Below, one piece after another: positions 26,609 to 39,452 of a DNA stretch of 64,000 nt. The DNA is taken from the NCBI GenBank assembly GCA_965112735.1, contig OZ218960.1, forward strand, positions 558,001 to 622,000, read 5' to 3'. This stretch comes from Phaeosaccion multiseriatum. Its lineage: Eukaryota; Protista; Ochrophyta, other classes. Below the pieces are notes generated by a model. The model was not told the origin of the DNA. It did no database searches and saw only the letters and a program-made list of their open reading frames with translations. Made by a program: the position numbers and the translations under genes. How positions within the stretch are numbered: the stretch's first letter is position 1; every line of letters begins with the position of its first letter.

Positions 26609-29531
26609 CTATGCCTCGCTTCGGCCTGCCAGAAACCCAGCCACAGCAGCAGTAATCTGTGCGTTGACCCCTCCTCCTCCTCCTCCTCCTCCTCCTCCTC
26701 CTCCCTTCCCGCTCTCCTCCTCGGGAAAGACAAATGTTTCCCCTGTGATCATCTCGTAGAGCATAATGTAACGCCTCGACAGCTCCGTGATCAGCTCGGG
26801 AGGCGCGGAGGGAAGCACCTCGTCTTTGTAGGGGTCACAATTCTGAAGGGGGGGAGGGAGGGAGAGGATGGGAGGAGGGAGGGAGGGAGGGGCGCGCACA
26901 GCAAGGAAACGCCGGGGACCAATGTGAGCCGTCTTTGGAGCTGTTGTGTGGTGTGGGAGAGTACTTTGTCCAGTGCCGTGCCTGGTGAAGTGCTGGGCTG
27001 TGCTGTGTCAGTCCATCAATCGCTCGCACACTCCTCTGAGGGCGTCAACGTCAATCAACCACCAATCCAACCAAAAGTCAACCAATCATCCACACTCCTT
27101 GTCTTGATGTTCTCCGACTCCTGCCCTTCCCCAACACTCCCCTCCCCTCCTCTCCACTCCTCTCCACTCCCACCCACTCCGATACCTTCGCACACCGCAC
27201 GTACCGCCGCGAACCACTTCCTCAGAAACTCCTTGTCAATGTTCTCCGGCTCCTTCCCCTCCGCCAGCCTCGCCTCGTATCCCTCCCTCACCCAATAGCG
27301 GCTGCTGTCCGGCGTGTGAATCTCGTCCACCAACACCACCTGGAGTGAGGTGTATTCGAAAGTCAATGAATGGTTTGTTACAGCCGCTGACGATATCAAC
27401 ATCAACATCAACATCAACACAGCTTGACACAGTGGCGAAAGCGGGTGGGGTCACAGTTTGGCATACAAAAGCCGTACCATACCACCACCAACTCATCAAT
27501 CATTGACGTACTGCTGATTGTGCAACAATACGTGACATACATCGATTCCACTCCAAATATCCTCTCAAAAACTGAAAAACTGAACGAAATGGAAAATATA
27601 CGTGATGCGTATACGTATAATAACATCAACAAAACACGCCCACCTCCTTCCCTTTCCCTTCACACCTACCTTGCCCGTGGATTGGTCCTTGCCCAGCTCG
27701 TACTTGGTGTCTACAAGAATCAGCCCTCTCTTGGCCGCTTCCTCCTGTCCGAAGGCGAAGAGCTCGTGCGATATCCTCGCGCACTCGTCCCAGTCCGCCT
27801 GGCTCATGCGACCGCTTGATACCACCTGTGCCCACCAGGGTCAGTCCGGTCGGGTTGGGTGGTGGGTTCATATCATATCACCAACGGCCGAGCATCGGTG
27901 AGGATGGAGGGGCCACAAGAGGAATGAAAGAGCAGAGAAAGAGAAGAGAGGAGGAGAAAGTCAGTCAAATAGATATACAATATCAAACTCCAATATCGAT
28001 CTGTCCTACCTACAATATCGAACTCCAATATCGACCTGTCCTATCTACAATATCGAACTCCAATATCGACCTGTCCTACCTACCTCTCTCGCACTGATGA
28101 GCTCGTCGTGTACTGCGTCCTTGGTAGTTGGTGTCAGGATGTTGCCCATAGGCAGCTTAGCGCTCTTCGTCAGCCCCTCCGGCAGGGAGTGCCCGCAGTA
28201 CTGGGTGTCGAGGGAGGAGGGTGGTCCAGGGGGGCAGGGGGGGGGGGGGGGGTTGAGTTTGTGAGTTTGAGTTTGAGGTCGAGGTCCATCAGTGGGGATG
28301 GAAGGAAGGGCGGAGATGAATGAATTGCTTCGGTAAACTGCTCTCACCTCCCTCACGCCCTTCAACTCCGTCACTCGATACACTCCTCTGACACCACATT
28401 CTCAGCTCCCTTACCCGCTTCGACCTGACACTCGGTACTGCTCTCACTCACCTCCCTCACACCCCTCTCCTTCCTTCTACTCTGACACCAGGTACGCACT
28501 GCTTTGCCCTCTCCCCCCCCCCCCCCTCTACGCCCTACTCACCTCCCGGACGCCCTTCTCATAGTTCTTCCAGATGGACGTGTCTGTGGAGCCCGTCATG
28601 TACCCACGCATCACAAACTCGACGGGGAACACCTGGCGGCGGATGGCAGTGGATGGGTGGGGGGATAGGCAGGGGGCAGGGGTGAGGGGAAAGAGGCCGG
28701 GGATGGCAGTGGATGGGTGGGGGGGGGGGGTGGGTAGTGAGTGGGGGTCAGGGGAGGGTGGGGGGCAAGGAGGCTGAGAGAGAGGGAGACATGCATGTGA
28801 TGGGAAGATGATTGGAGCAGACGTGCTGTGCTATGGCTTGCTGTTGCTCACCGATGCCGAAAGAGGGGCAAGCGCAGAGAGGAGAAGAGATACAAGAGAG
28901 GAGAGGAGAGGAGAGGCGAGACGAGAAGAGAAGAGGAAGCGTTCACGTTCTGTTACCTCGCACTTCTTGCCGACGGTTACATTAGGGTGTGGCACGCTGA
29001 GCACATGGTTGGCGATGATGTGTTGAGTTTTGGAGAACCACCACGCCGAGGTGAGGTTGAGCACGCTGCCCTTAAAGGGGATGGAGGCCAGCTGTCGGTC
29101 GAAAGCGCTCTGGCGGTCGGTGCTCACCAGCACCAGGCAGTCTTGGCACGTGTACGTGTCGCGCACCTGCGCAGAACCGGGCGGGAGGATGGGTGGGAGA
29201 ATGGGGGATGGGGAGGGGGCTTCGAGCAGGGACGGACGACCACAGGGAGGGACAGAGACACACAGAGAGAGAGAGGGAGGGAGAGAGATATAGAAGGAGT
29301 TCAGTACACACTCCTCACCTTGCCCACGTATCGCTCGTCGTATTTGATGGTGTCTTTGTCGAGCTCGGTCAAGGCTATGCATTGTGTGTGTCTTGCTGCG
29401 TCGATGCGAGGGAGATAGCCTTGCGTGCGGGCCTTCGCTTCTTGTACGATCGCTGCGCCGCTCGTCAGCTCCACGCCACTGGCATGAGAAGCAGCAGGAG
29501 TGGACTGCTTCTTCGCGAGGACAGCCGCCAT
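26609..29531 (-). CDS. ADE1: Phosphoribosylaminoimidazole-succinocarboxamide (SAICAR) synthase, 7 exons
   Basis: YVGK|VRDTY, STDRQSAFD, IPFKGSVLN, PVEFVMRGYMTGST.TSIW, ILTPTTK, HDELIS, GLILVDTKYELG, LVDEIHTPDSSRYW, NIDKEFLRKWF. Confidence 0.96.
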
Positions 29532-29711
29532 TATTGCCTGTCGAAAGCACCTCTCTCTTCCTCCCTCCTCACTAAAAGATTTTCTTTTTTACTTCGCTTT
29601 TCCCTCTTCACGACAATGATCAAAAGTCAATAGATTTAGAGGCATATAGAAAGACGGCCTGCCTTCCAAACAACGATCCAACCTCCTCTCCTTTTCATGT
29701 AATTGCCTACG

Positions 29712-30777
29712 ATGGTAGCTCTGCCAGAAGCTCCACAAGCAGGTACGGGCCCTAGAGCGCAGGAATTATTGCCACCATCAGCACCATCAGCGGTGCACGG
29801 GGAAGGGAGGGAGGAGGGGAATGGGGAGAGCGACGACAAGGGCCAGGAACGAGCAACGCTGCGACTGGAGCGGCAGGGAAGCTGCCACTATGATGACGCG
29901 TACCCGACCCAGCTTGAGGGGGTGATGGGGCGCGAGCAGTGGGACGAGGCCCTCGGAATGATAAATGAAGCCCTGCGGATGCGAATGCCCTGCGGTAAGA
30001 CGTGCACACCTTGGGGTTGCTATGGGATGAGGATTTCTGCTCTGCTCTACTCTGCTCGGCTCTGCTCGACTCTGCTCGCTCTGGTGTGGTCTTCCCTTTT
30101 CTCTGCTCTGCTTTGCTCTGCTCTGCTCCTTTCCCTCTCTTCTCCTCATGTTGCTCTGCTCTGATTGCTCTGCCCTGCCCTTATCTTACGTCTCTGCTTT
30201 GCTCTCCCTCTCCAGGCCCTGCCCGATGGTCTGCCTACTTGTGCTGCCCCTGCTCCTGCGGCGTTTCGCTCTTTAGCTACATCTCGCAGCTACGGGAGGC
30301 GAACGTGAGTGAGTAGTGAGCATTTGCCGCCTCTTGCTACCGCCTCTACTGCCTCTACCCTGTCTCCCCTCCTTTCCCCTTCTCTACACCCTCTCTACCC
30401 GTTCTACCGCCTGTATCGTCTCTGCTACCACGCCTTTACGTTACCATTGTGGGGAGTCTTTGTGAGGCTGATGACCGCTTGCGTCAGTGATTCGTTCACC
30501 CATTTCACGCTCCAAACCCTCCTCTCCCTCCTCCACCTCCTCCCTCCCTCCTCCTCCTCCCTCCCTCCCCCGGCGCCACCAGAGAGGCGCCTCCGAAGTG
30601 ATTGGCTTCGTGAACACGCGACTCCGGACCCGAGGGGTGGAAGTAGAGTACTGCTTACGGCAGGGCTCTGGGCTCCTCGCAGCGGCGCCTACCTGTATGG
30701 AGGTGCGGTACCTGCCTCCTCGGTCGCCACCCGGGGGGGTTGTTCCAGGGGGGGAGGTAATTAGCACTGAGAGATAG
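29712..30777 (+). CDS. Erf4/golgin A7-like protein (palmitoyltransferase accessory subunit family), 3 exons
   Basis: YDDAYPTQLEGVMGREQWDEALGMINEAL, a Cys cluster (YLCCPCSCG), then N.RLRTRGVEVEY fit the Erf4 layout. Approximate exons: 29712-29993, 30216-30305, 30582-30777. Confidence 0.6.
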
Positions 30778-31340
30778 CATTTGGAGATGGTGATGCAATT
30801 GCAAGCCTTAGGAGCTACAGGGCCAACATCAGGAGGGTAGGAGCGCAAGTGTTGGTGTGTTAGCAGTTGCACCAGGGGCGTTGTGAGGTGTAGACGAGGC
30901 GCTGAGCTGGGCAAGACAAGCGCCGAACAGCGATGGGTGTGGGGGTGTAAGTAAGTAAGTAGGGCGCGAGGGAGGCGCAAGGCGAAAGTGTGGAAGGATG
31001 ACAAGGAGGAAACTCTCTCGGTCGGCTCACATTGTAGATAGATAGACCATGAGGGATTGTTGATTCGAGTGTGCAAACCAACTGTAACCCACGAGCAAAG
31101 ACGAGGACTGGGACCCCTCGAAGTGATCTGTATATACATTACATAACATTACATGACATTACATGGTGCGGCCGAATGAGTATGATTGAGGATCCTATCC
31201 TCTCTCTCTGTGTGTGTGTGTGCGTGTGCCTCCTCTCATCCTTTTTCCCCTACCCTCCCACCCTTTCCTCGTGCGCTTCTCGCTCTCTCCCTATACCTTG
31301 TCTACCTTCTCTCCCTTCTATACCTTCCTCCCCTACCTCC

Positions 31341-34093
31341 CTAGTTCCCCCCTCCCGCCTTCCCCTTCCCCCTCCCCCTTCCCCTCCCCCTCCCCCTCCC
31401 CCTTCCCCTCCCCCTCCCCCTCCCCCTCCCTCCCCCCTTCCCCTCCTCCTTGCCCCACACCAGCATCGTACCAGGCTTGGCCAAGTCCCTCACAGATGCC
31501 GGTACAGCGAACACGTCTACATCCAACACCTCCTTGTAGTCCTTCCACTTCTTGTCAAAGAAACCCAGCGTCAGTCTGACCATGCGCCGAGCAACCGACG
31601 GAGGACTCGTCGAAGGCACCTCCTCAGCCTTTGCAATCCAGCAATGATAGTACGTATTGTCTTCAGGCCTGTCACTTCCACGTAACTCGCACTCCATGTT
31701 GGCAAGTAGACGTTTGGGGTAGCGCAGCCACCCCTGGGCATCCCACGGCCCCGGCTCCTGCTGCTCCGCCGAGGACAAGGCCGAGGTGGAGGCCGGTGTA
31801 GAGACAGGGGTGGAGGTTCGCGCGGAGGCCGCCTCTTCCCTCGACAGGCTCAGGCTGAGTGGCCTTGGCGCGGGCCTTGCTGACCCTCCCTCGGTCGCTG
31901 CGGCATCAGGAGAGGCCTCCGAAACCTCCTTGCTCAGCTGCGGCTTGCTCTTCTTCTTGGGTGCCATCGGAGCTTGGCTCTTCTTGGCTTGTCCTTCGAG
32001 ACGAACCCCCTGGGCCTGCCGCCTCTCCCCCTCCCCTTCCCTCTTCCTCTTCCTCCCCTTCGCCATGGGAGCTTCCTCCTCCTGCTCCTCCTCCTCCTCC
32101 TCCTCCTCCTGCTCCTCCTGCTCCTCCTCCTTCTTCTTTTTCTTCTTCTTCTTCTCCTCCTCCTCCTCCTTCTCCTCCCCCTCCTCCTCCTCCTCCTCCT
32201 CCTCCTCCTCCTCCTGCTGCTCCTCCTCCTCCTGCTCCTCCTCCTCCTCCTCCTCCTCCTCCTCCTCCTCCTCCTCCATCGCGACAGCCCCCGCTCCGCT
32301 TTGGAGGACCTGCGCCCTTTGCACATTGTCCGTAGTAATGAGGGTCTGAGTGATGCTGAATGTGAACTCTCTCCACTTGTCCAGCTCCTCCCGGCTCACG
32401 TCTTCATAGTCTCCGTCGTCATATGTGATGGTGAACATGTCATCTGCTCCTCCTCCCCTCTCTCCCTCTGAAGACACCCTCCCCTCCCCTCCCCCTTCCC
32501 CACCTTCTCTCACTGGCGCTGGTGGCAGCCCCTCCGGGAGGAACGCCGTGACGGTGCCGGCATACGCCCTTCCGTTGCCGAAGACTTTCGCGATTCGGGT
32601 ACCCACCAGCTGCCGCGACTGCTGTATCACCAACTGCTGCTGTCGCCGCTGCTGCCATTGCTGCTGGCTGGCTGCCTCGCCCGCCAGTGACGACGGTGTC
32701 GCTCTGGAAGGCGTCGCCAGAGACGGCGTCTTCGCCGTATCACCAACATCTGTCTCTGCCACTGTCCCAGCAGCTGCCCCTGCCGTCTCCTCTCCCTGCG
32801 GGCCGTGAGGTAGAGGTGGAGACCCCCTCTGACCGCTCTCTGGCTCTTTCAGCACTCCTGCTCCTTCTCCTCCTTCTCCTCCTCCTCCTCCTCCTCCTCC
32901 TCCTCCTCCTCCTCCTCCTCCTCCTCCTCCTCCTTCTTCTTTTCCTCCTCCCTCTACTCCCTGATTCCCTTCTCCCCCCCCTCCGTCGCTAGCATGGGCC
33001 TCGGCCTCTCCTCGCTGCTGCTGTTGCTGCTGGGGCTGCGAGGAGGAGGAAGAGGACCTCCCCCCCGGGGTTGGGGTGGCCCCCGGGGTCGCCACGTGTC
33101 CATCTTGGAGGCCTCCCCCTTGGAGCACTTCGCTCAGAGCGCTAGACAGAGAGAGAGAGGGGGTGAGAGAGAGCGAGTGAGCGAGTGAGTGAGTGAGACG
33201 GGGTGAGTGAGAGAGAGAGTCGGATATGGAGAGAGGGAGCGAGAAAGATCTGGGGCAGGCAGGTGGGAGCGCCGGCATACCTTCCTTCTCCTTCTTGTTC
33301 TTGTTGTTGTTGACCACCACCCGCCGGACCCTTCCCGAGCCGTTCCTTCTCCCCCGACTCCACCCTGCGCCCCGAGTCTGGCGGGGATGTTGTCCCACCT
33401 ACTGCTGCTGCTGTATCACGAGCTGCTGCTGTATCACCAACTGCTACTGCTGCTGTAACTGCCGCCGTGAGGGGCGACGAGAGCGGCAAAGGCGAAGACA
33501 AAGACTCAGGCTCATCACCGGGCAAAGTGGAGGCGCTCCTTCCTTCCCTTCCGTCTGCGGTAGGACCCTTCTCGACCCTCTCCCCCTCCCTCCCCCCTCC
33601 CCTGCGGCTACCGCTGCCACCACTGCTGCTACTACTACCGGTCTTCGCCACTGGCAGGACCTTCCCCCCCACTGGAGTCGGAGGCCTTTCATCCTCCACC
33701 CCGTCAGCTGCCATCGCCATCGCCTCGGCCGTCGGTACTGTCAGGCGAGAGGCAGACGCAGCAGGTAAACAAGAGGAAGGAGAAGAAGAAGAAGAAGAAG
33801 AAGAAGAAGAAGAAGAAGGAGGAGGAGGAGGAGGAGGAGCCTGATGTATGCGATCCGAAGGCTCCGGAGCACCACCTTCGGAGGCCGCCCCCGCCCCCCC
33901 TGGAGCATGCTGTGGGGGCGTGACATCGGTACGGCCCCGTCCCCCACCCCCGCCGCGGAGGCTGAGGCTGGAATTGAGGCTGGAAGTGCTGGCCGGGCGT
34001 TTGGCATCATCGGGTGTGGTAACACTGTCCATCATTTCCCCCGGCTCGGAGGCCCGACTTCTCCCCCGTCCACTTCCACTGCCATCCTTCGCC

Positions 34094-34143
<50 letters not shown>

Positions 34144-34515
34144 CGCCGCTGCCAAGTTCCGGCCCAGGACGATGCACTCACACACCTCCTTAAAGGTTAC
34201 CTCTTCACGATCTCCGTCGTCGTAGTTGACTAAGTAGAGGTCCACCCCTTCCTCTGTCTCGCGAGCAGCAACGTAGCGGGAGATGGTTCCGAAATACGCC
34301 TTTTGGCCGTCGCCGTCAGCGAAGAGCTTGGCCACTCGTTTCTGCAGTAGCGACAGGCCTGGGACCAGCGGGGGGGGACGCGAAGTAGCTGCAGAAGTTG
34401 TAGCGATCCTGTTGTCGCTCGACTCCACCCCTTGTCCTCCACCACCTTGAGCGGCAGTGCTTGGATGGGCCTCAACCATCCGCCCCGCCGTATCCTTGGC
34501 AGGAAGCAGCACGGG
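31341..34515 (-). CDS. Large low-complexity protein with two PTM/DIR17-type Tudor-like domains and a possible third Tudor/Agenet-like domain
   Basis: LLQKRVAKLF...YFGTISRY...YLVNYDDGDREEV and LVGTRIAKVFG.GRAYAGTVTAF...FTITYDDGDYEDV. A phase-2 intron at ~33143-33280 joins the two long ORFs. Both ends are uncertain. Confidence 0.7.
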
Positions 34516-35969
34516 CTACTCAGGCGCTGCTGCCGTGCTATCCTGCTCGTGTCCGTGACTCAGATCCTCGCCGCAGTCTCGCGGCGCAGAGGGTTATTGG
34601 GGTGAGTCGACAGTAGATCGACTCGAGATGGTCGACACGCCTTTTTGGAGAGGAGAAGCAGGGGAGGGTTCAGTCCCTTGCTGCTTTCGTCCTTCTCTTC
34701 CAGGGAACTCTTGCGATCATCCATACCATCGCTCCCGATACTGGGCTGTCTTCAGAAGCCGCCCCTTCTCTTTGCCGCGAACGACTTGTGGCCGTTCCAA
34801 ATTTGACAGGAACAAAAAGGTCCCCGCCTACCCCCCCCTGCGCACCGACGCCAGAAGGGCAGCCTCCTACCACGCCCCTCTATCCGGTGCTAGAAAAGGC
34901 CTGGAATAGCGCGAGGTTGCGCGGGGATAAAGTTATTTGGGGGGAAGAAGATATTTTATTGACTTAATGTAAACCTGTAAACCTGATCCAAATTCATTGC
35001 CTTTTTACACGGCTTTTCCGGGGAACCTGGAACCTATTACACGCTTTCCCCCAGAACCTGGAACCCAGAACCTTGTCAGGGGTCGAGCGGAGTGCGGAGA
35101 GCTTTCAGTGAAGAGCGCAGTCCAAAGCATCTCATAAGTTACCAACACCCAATGAAGTCTCAACTTGCCCCCCTCGCCCCTTCAAAAGAGTCGAGCAAGC
35201 ACTCTCCAGCACTCGCCTTGTAAGCATCAGGTACGAATCATCGGGGGCGATGCCATTCACTCGACTGAGCCGCGCTGGGCTTCGGGCTGCTGCCTCGACC
35301 TCTTTCAGAGAGACAGAGAGAGAGCGAGGGCGCCCAATCGCCGCATCAGTGACCACACGCTCAACTCTCGTGAGAGACTGCCTGGCGCGGCGCTGCAGCA
35401 GCTCGAAGGGCACAGTGATGCCGATGGACTGTAGCTGGACCGTACCTAGTGGGGCCAACACGTCCTCTCCTGCCGCTGTAGCACCAACTGCCCCCCTTGC
35501 CGGACCACACGTGACTCTGCAGGGCCGTGCGGAGGGAAACAAAAGACGGTTACGTGGTGTGTGCTCGGCAGCAGCAGGGACAGACTGGTGCAGTTGTGGT
35601 GCCGGAGGTCGCGCTGGGAGGGGGAGATATCGTCAGTGACGATGCAAGTCCCTCCCCAAGTCCCTCCTCTCCTCCTCCTGCTCCGAAGTGGTGGCTGCTG
35701 AGTGGAACGCAGGAGAGAGACAAGAGCCAGTAACATACATTCGCTCGCTCTCTGTTCCCCTTCCACTCGTGCTTCTTCCCCCTGCTGTGCTGCTGCTTAC
35801 CCTAACCTCAAAGTCGTTTCATCCTCCCCATGCTATCTGCCTCCCCTCACAAGTGTTCCGCCCCACCCTGTCTCTGTCATTCGCCCGCCTCTCAGTGGCT
35901 GGTGCTCAGGAAGAGCCCCCCACACCCCCCTCCTCGCTCGCTTCGGGGCCATGATTGTTCTCCCCCTTT

Positions 35970-37476
35970 TCAATGCGTTTCTTGCTTCGCCCACCTGGAG
36001 TCGTCGTCGGCTCCACGCATGCCTGCGGCCACTTCCAGCACGGTCTCGGAACAGACGCCTCTCTCCTGCGGCGGTAGGCCCCTCTCCTTACCGAAGGTCG
36101 AGTCGCACGTCCACATAATGTCCGCAGGGCTTTGCGAGTCAAAGTACCGCTTGTCTTCCATCAGAAGACGATCCTGCACCCTTTTCAGGACACCATACTC
36201 TCGAGCACCAGTCAGAGCCTTGCCCACAGACGCCCCTGCGCAGAGAAGCTCGTGCATCGCCCCTCCACGATTGTGGTATGCTGCGAAAAGGAGGGGAGTT
36301 CTTCCCAAGCTTTCCTTGATATCCACCTCAGCCCCGGCCTTGAGCACGATGTGCAGGACATGCACATGTCCGGCGCAAGCAGCGTAGTGCAGAGCAGTAT
36401 TCCCCTCCGGGCCATGTCGATCAAGGTCTACCTCTGCCGATACGAGCTCACGTAGCACCTCAGCGTGTCCGTTACCCGCTGCCTTCATGAGAGCAGTCGT
36501 CCCCCTATCAGTGGCTGCATCCACCTCAGCCCCGGCCGTGAGCAGGATGTGCACGGCATGCCCATGTCCGGCGTTAGCAGCGTAGTGCAGAGCAGTATCC
36601 CCGTTCGGGTCATGTCGATCAACGTCTGCCCCTGCCGATACGAGCTCACGCAGCACCTCAGCGTGTCCGTAATCCGCTGCCATCATGAGAGCAGTAGTCC
36701 CCTTATCATTGGCTGCATCCACCTCCGCGCCAGCTGCCAAAAGCCTCCTCACTATGCAAGCATGGCCCTTGTCACCGGCCATATGAAGTGGCGACCTTCC
36801 ATCCTTCCGCAGTTGGTTCACATTCGCATTGGCCGCAAGGAGCAGCCTCACAATCCCCTCATAATTCTCTCGTGAAGCTAAGCTCAGAGGTGTAGCTCCG
36901 TTGTTGTCGCCCTTGTCCACATTGGCGCCCCTCGCGATTAAAGCTCTGACGACTTCTGTGCGCCCACAGAGTGAAGCTGCACTCAAGGCCGTCCCCTTGT
37001 CAACTGCTTGATCCAAATCAGCACCGGCCTCCATCAGTATCTGCACAACGTTCAGATGGCCATGTATGCAAGCCCCCATCAATGGTGTGATAATGCCAGG
37101 GTGATTTGGAGATGCCCCTTCATCCAGTAGAAGCTCCAAGATGTCTGCTCTACCCGCCGTCGCCGCTACAGTCATTGGAGGGTGCCCGACAGCACAAATC
37201 GCGGCGTCGAGGCAAACCTTCCTTCCCCCCTCTTTAGCGACGAGGGCGCTGATGGCTCGCTCGACGTTCTTGATTGTCTCCCCCCCGCGGATCGCGTCGT
37301 AGAGGCGGGTGGCCTGTCACGCAGTCGGAAGAGAGCCGAGGAGCGAGAGAGGCGTAAGCGAGGGAGGAGGCAAGGCCACCCGCTAGGTTGACCTTTGGCC
37401 AGACGAGGATCGAGGGGGAAAAATAACGTACCTCTCCGCTCACTCGCGGGGGTCCCCCACTCCTCTGGGACGCCAT
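35970..37476 (-). CDS. Ankyrin repeat protein (~10 repeats)
   Basis: Repeated G.T(A/P)L..A...G...V...L...GA.VD. Short first exon 37432-37476 splices in frame to 37313. A donor near 36091 may lead to further exons toward 35132. Confidence 0.88.
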
Positions 37477-37822
37477 ACTAGATCCTTCTCTGCTCTCACA
37501 CGAACTGGGATCACCTAAGAAAGTGGAGGAGCCAGTACGGCCCCTGCGGGTGACGACGTTCTCGGCGAGTGCGTGTAGGAGCGATTGCGCCTGTGCGCCG
37601 AGTCGTAGTCCGTGGATCGTGGGTCTCGGTATAAACTGAAACTGGAAGTGGCGGGCGGGAAAAACCCTATTAAATAAATCGATGTCGACACTGGATATCG
37701 ATCTCTATATCGCCGTTACATATCCGATCACTCCTATGCTAACATGGTGTTCCCACAACCCGTGCAAGTACGACGCTAGTCTCCAGAGAGGGAGATATCC
37801 CAACACGACAATCTCAACAAAC

Positions 37823-38052
37823 CCTTCCTTCCTTCCTTCCTTCCTTCCTTCCTTCCTTCCTTCCTTCCTTCCTTCCTTCCTTCCTTCCTTCCTTCCTTCC
37901 TTCCTTCCTGCCTGCCGTCCTTCCTTCCTTGCTTCCTTCTTTACTTCCTTGCTTCCTTGCTTGCTTGCTTGCTTCCTTCCTTCCTTCCTTCCTTCCTTCC
38001 TTCCTTCCTTCCTTCCTTCCTTCCTTCCTTCCTTCCTTCCTTCCTTCCTTCT
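37823..38052. repeat. (CCTT)n microsatellite
   Basis: Directly visible, intergenic. Confidence 0.95.
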
Positions 38053-38430
38053 TCATTACCCCTCCATCCAAGCCATCTATCCATGTGCATCACGCCTCCA
38101 CAGCCATCTCTCCTAGCGAGCGATGGCAGTCCATGGACAGCTCAAAGGACATGATGGAGGATGGCAGTCCATGGACAGATGAAAGAGCAGTCCCAGCCAA
38201 GAAGGAGCTTCGTTCTTGCCGCACAAGCTAACGGCTTGACGCCCCCCTGGGACTCAGTGCTCCTCCTTCTGCTCCGCCGTATACACGAGCTCCGGGCTCT
38301 ATCTCTCCATAGCTCAATAGCTTCATTGCTTCATAGCTGAATAGATCCATAGCTCCATTCGATACCTCTTTACATGGCTGCTTGCTCCCATCCACCGCTC
38401 CTCGATCACCCCTCCCTGGGCAGACAGCAG

Positions 38431-38465
<35 letters not shown>

Positions 38466-39053
38466 ACAGGCAGACAGGTAGGCAGGCTGGTAGGCAGGTA
38501 GGCAGCGCCATGGGATCCAGTCCGTTGCATGGGCCAGGGCCATGGAATGCACCGAGAACATGAGGCAGATGGCACCCTAAGGTTGGGCAGAGCGTTGGTT
38601 TCATGGCACCCTGAGATTGGGCAGGGCTCGCCCAGTACATGGTACCCAAACACCCTAAGGTGAGCATGTGAGGCAGAGCTCACCGACCGGCAGCGAGCGA
38701 GAGATGGCTCGCCAGGGGAGCAGAGCACACGCAAGAAAGCTGTGGCTGACTGTGCGTGAGTGCGACTGACTGCAGCTGACGCTGATGGTGGGCTGATGGT
38801 GAGCTGATGGTGGCCGAGGCATGGTTGAATCATGGCTGGGGAGTGGCTAGGGCGCACTCTCCTTGCTGGGCGACGACGTGGAGCACCACATCCCGTACCG
38901 AAGAGCAGTCGCAGCCGATGCCCTCACTCCTTCGTTGCTTGCCCCCCCCCTGACACATTAGGGCCCAATATTAGGACCCAACTCGCCCAACTTGCCCTAC
39001 TTGGGGCTGGCCCCTCCCTACTGCGAGGCCCAAATAGGCCCAACTAGGCCCAA

Positions 39054-39409
39054 CTAGGCATTGCTGCTCTCGCTCGAGAGGAGGGCCCCTTGCAGGAGCT
39101 CTGCGCGGCTTATCTTGCCTTTGTCTGGGGAGAGGGGAGGAGGAGGAGGAGGAGGAGGAGGAGGAGGAGGAGGAGGAGGAGGCGGAGGAGGAGGAGGAGG
39201 AGGAGGAGGAGGAGGCGGAGGAGGAGGAGGAGGAGGAGGAGGAGGAGGAGGAGGAGGTGGAGGAGGAGGAGGAGGAGGAGGAGGAGGAGGAGGAGGAGGA
39301 GGAGGCGGAGAACGGGGGGGGGGGGAGGGGAAGGTGATATCCATGTGAGTGTGTGCGTTTGCCGTCCCATCCTGTGATAGTTAGGATAGAGGACTGAGAG
39401 AGAGAGGGA

Positions 39410-39452
<43 letters not shown>

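Noticed and set aside
8583-29531. Folate/purine gene cluster (FPGS, folate-receptor-like domain protein, ADE1)
   Set aside because: The genes are separated by unrelated genes, and the HHIP-type Cys domain is not evidence of folate function. Probably coincidence.
38100-39050. ORFs downstream of the channel gene
   Set aside because: Non-ATG or low-complexity and without motifs; likely UTR or intergenic.
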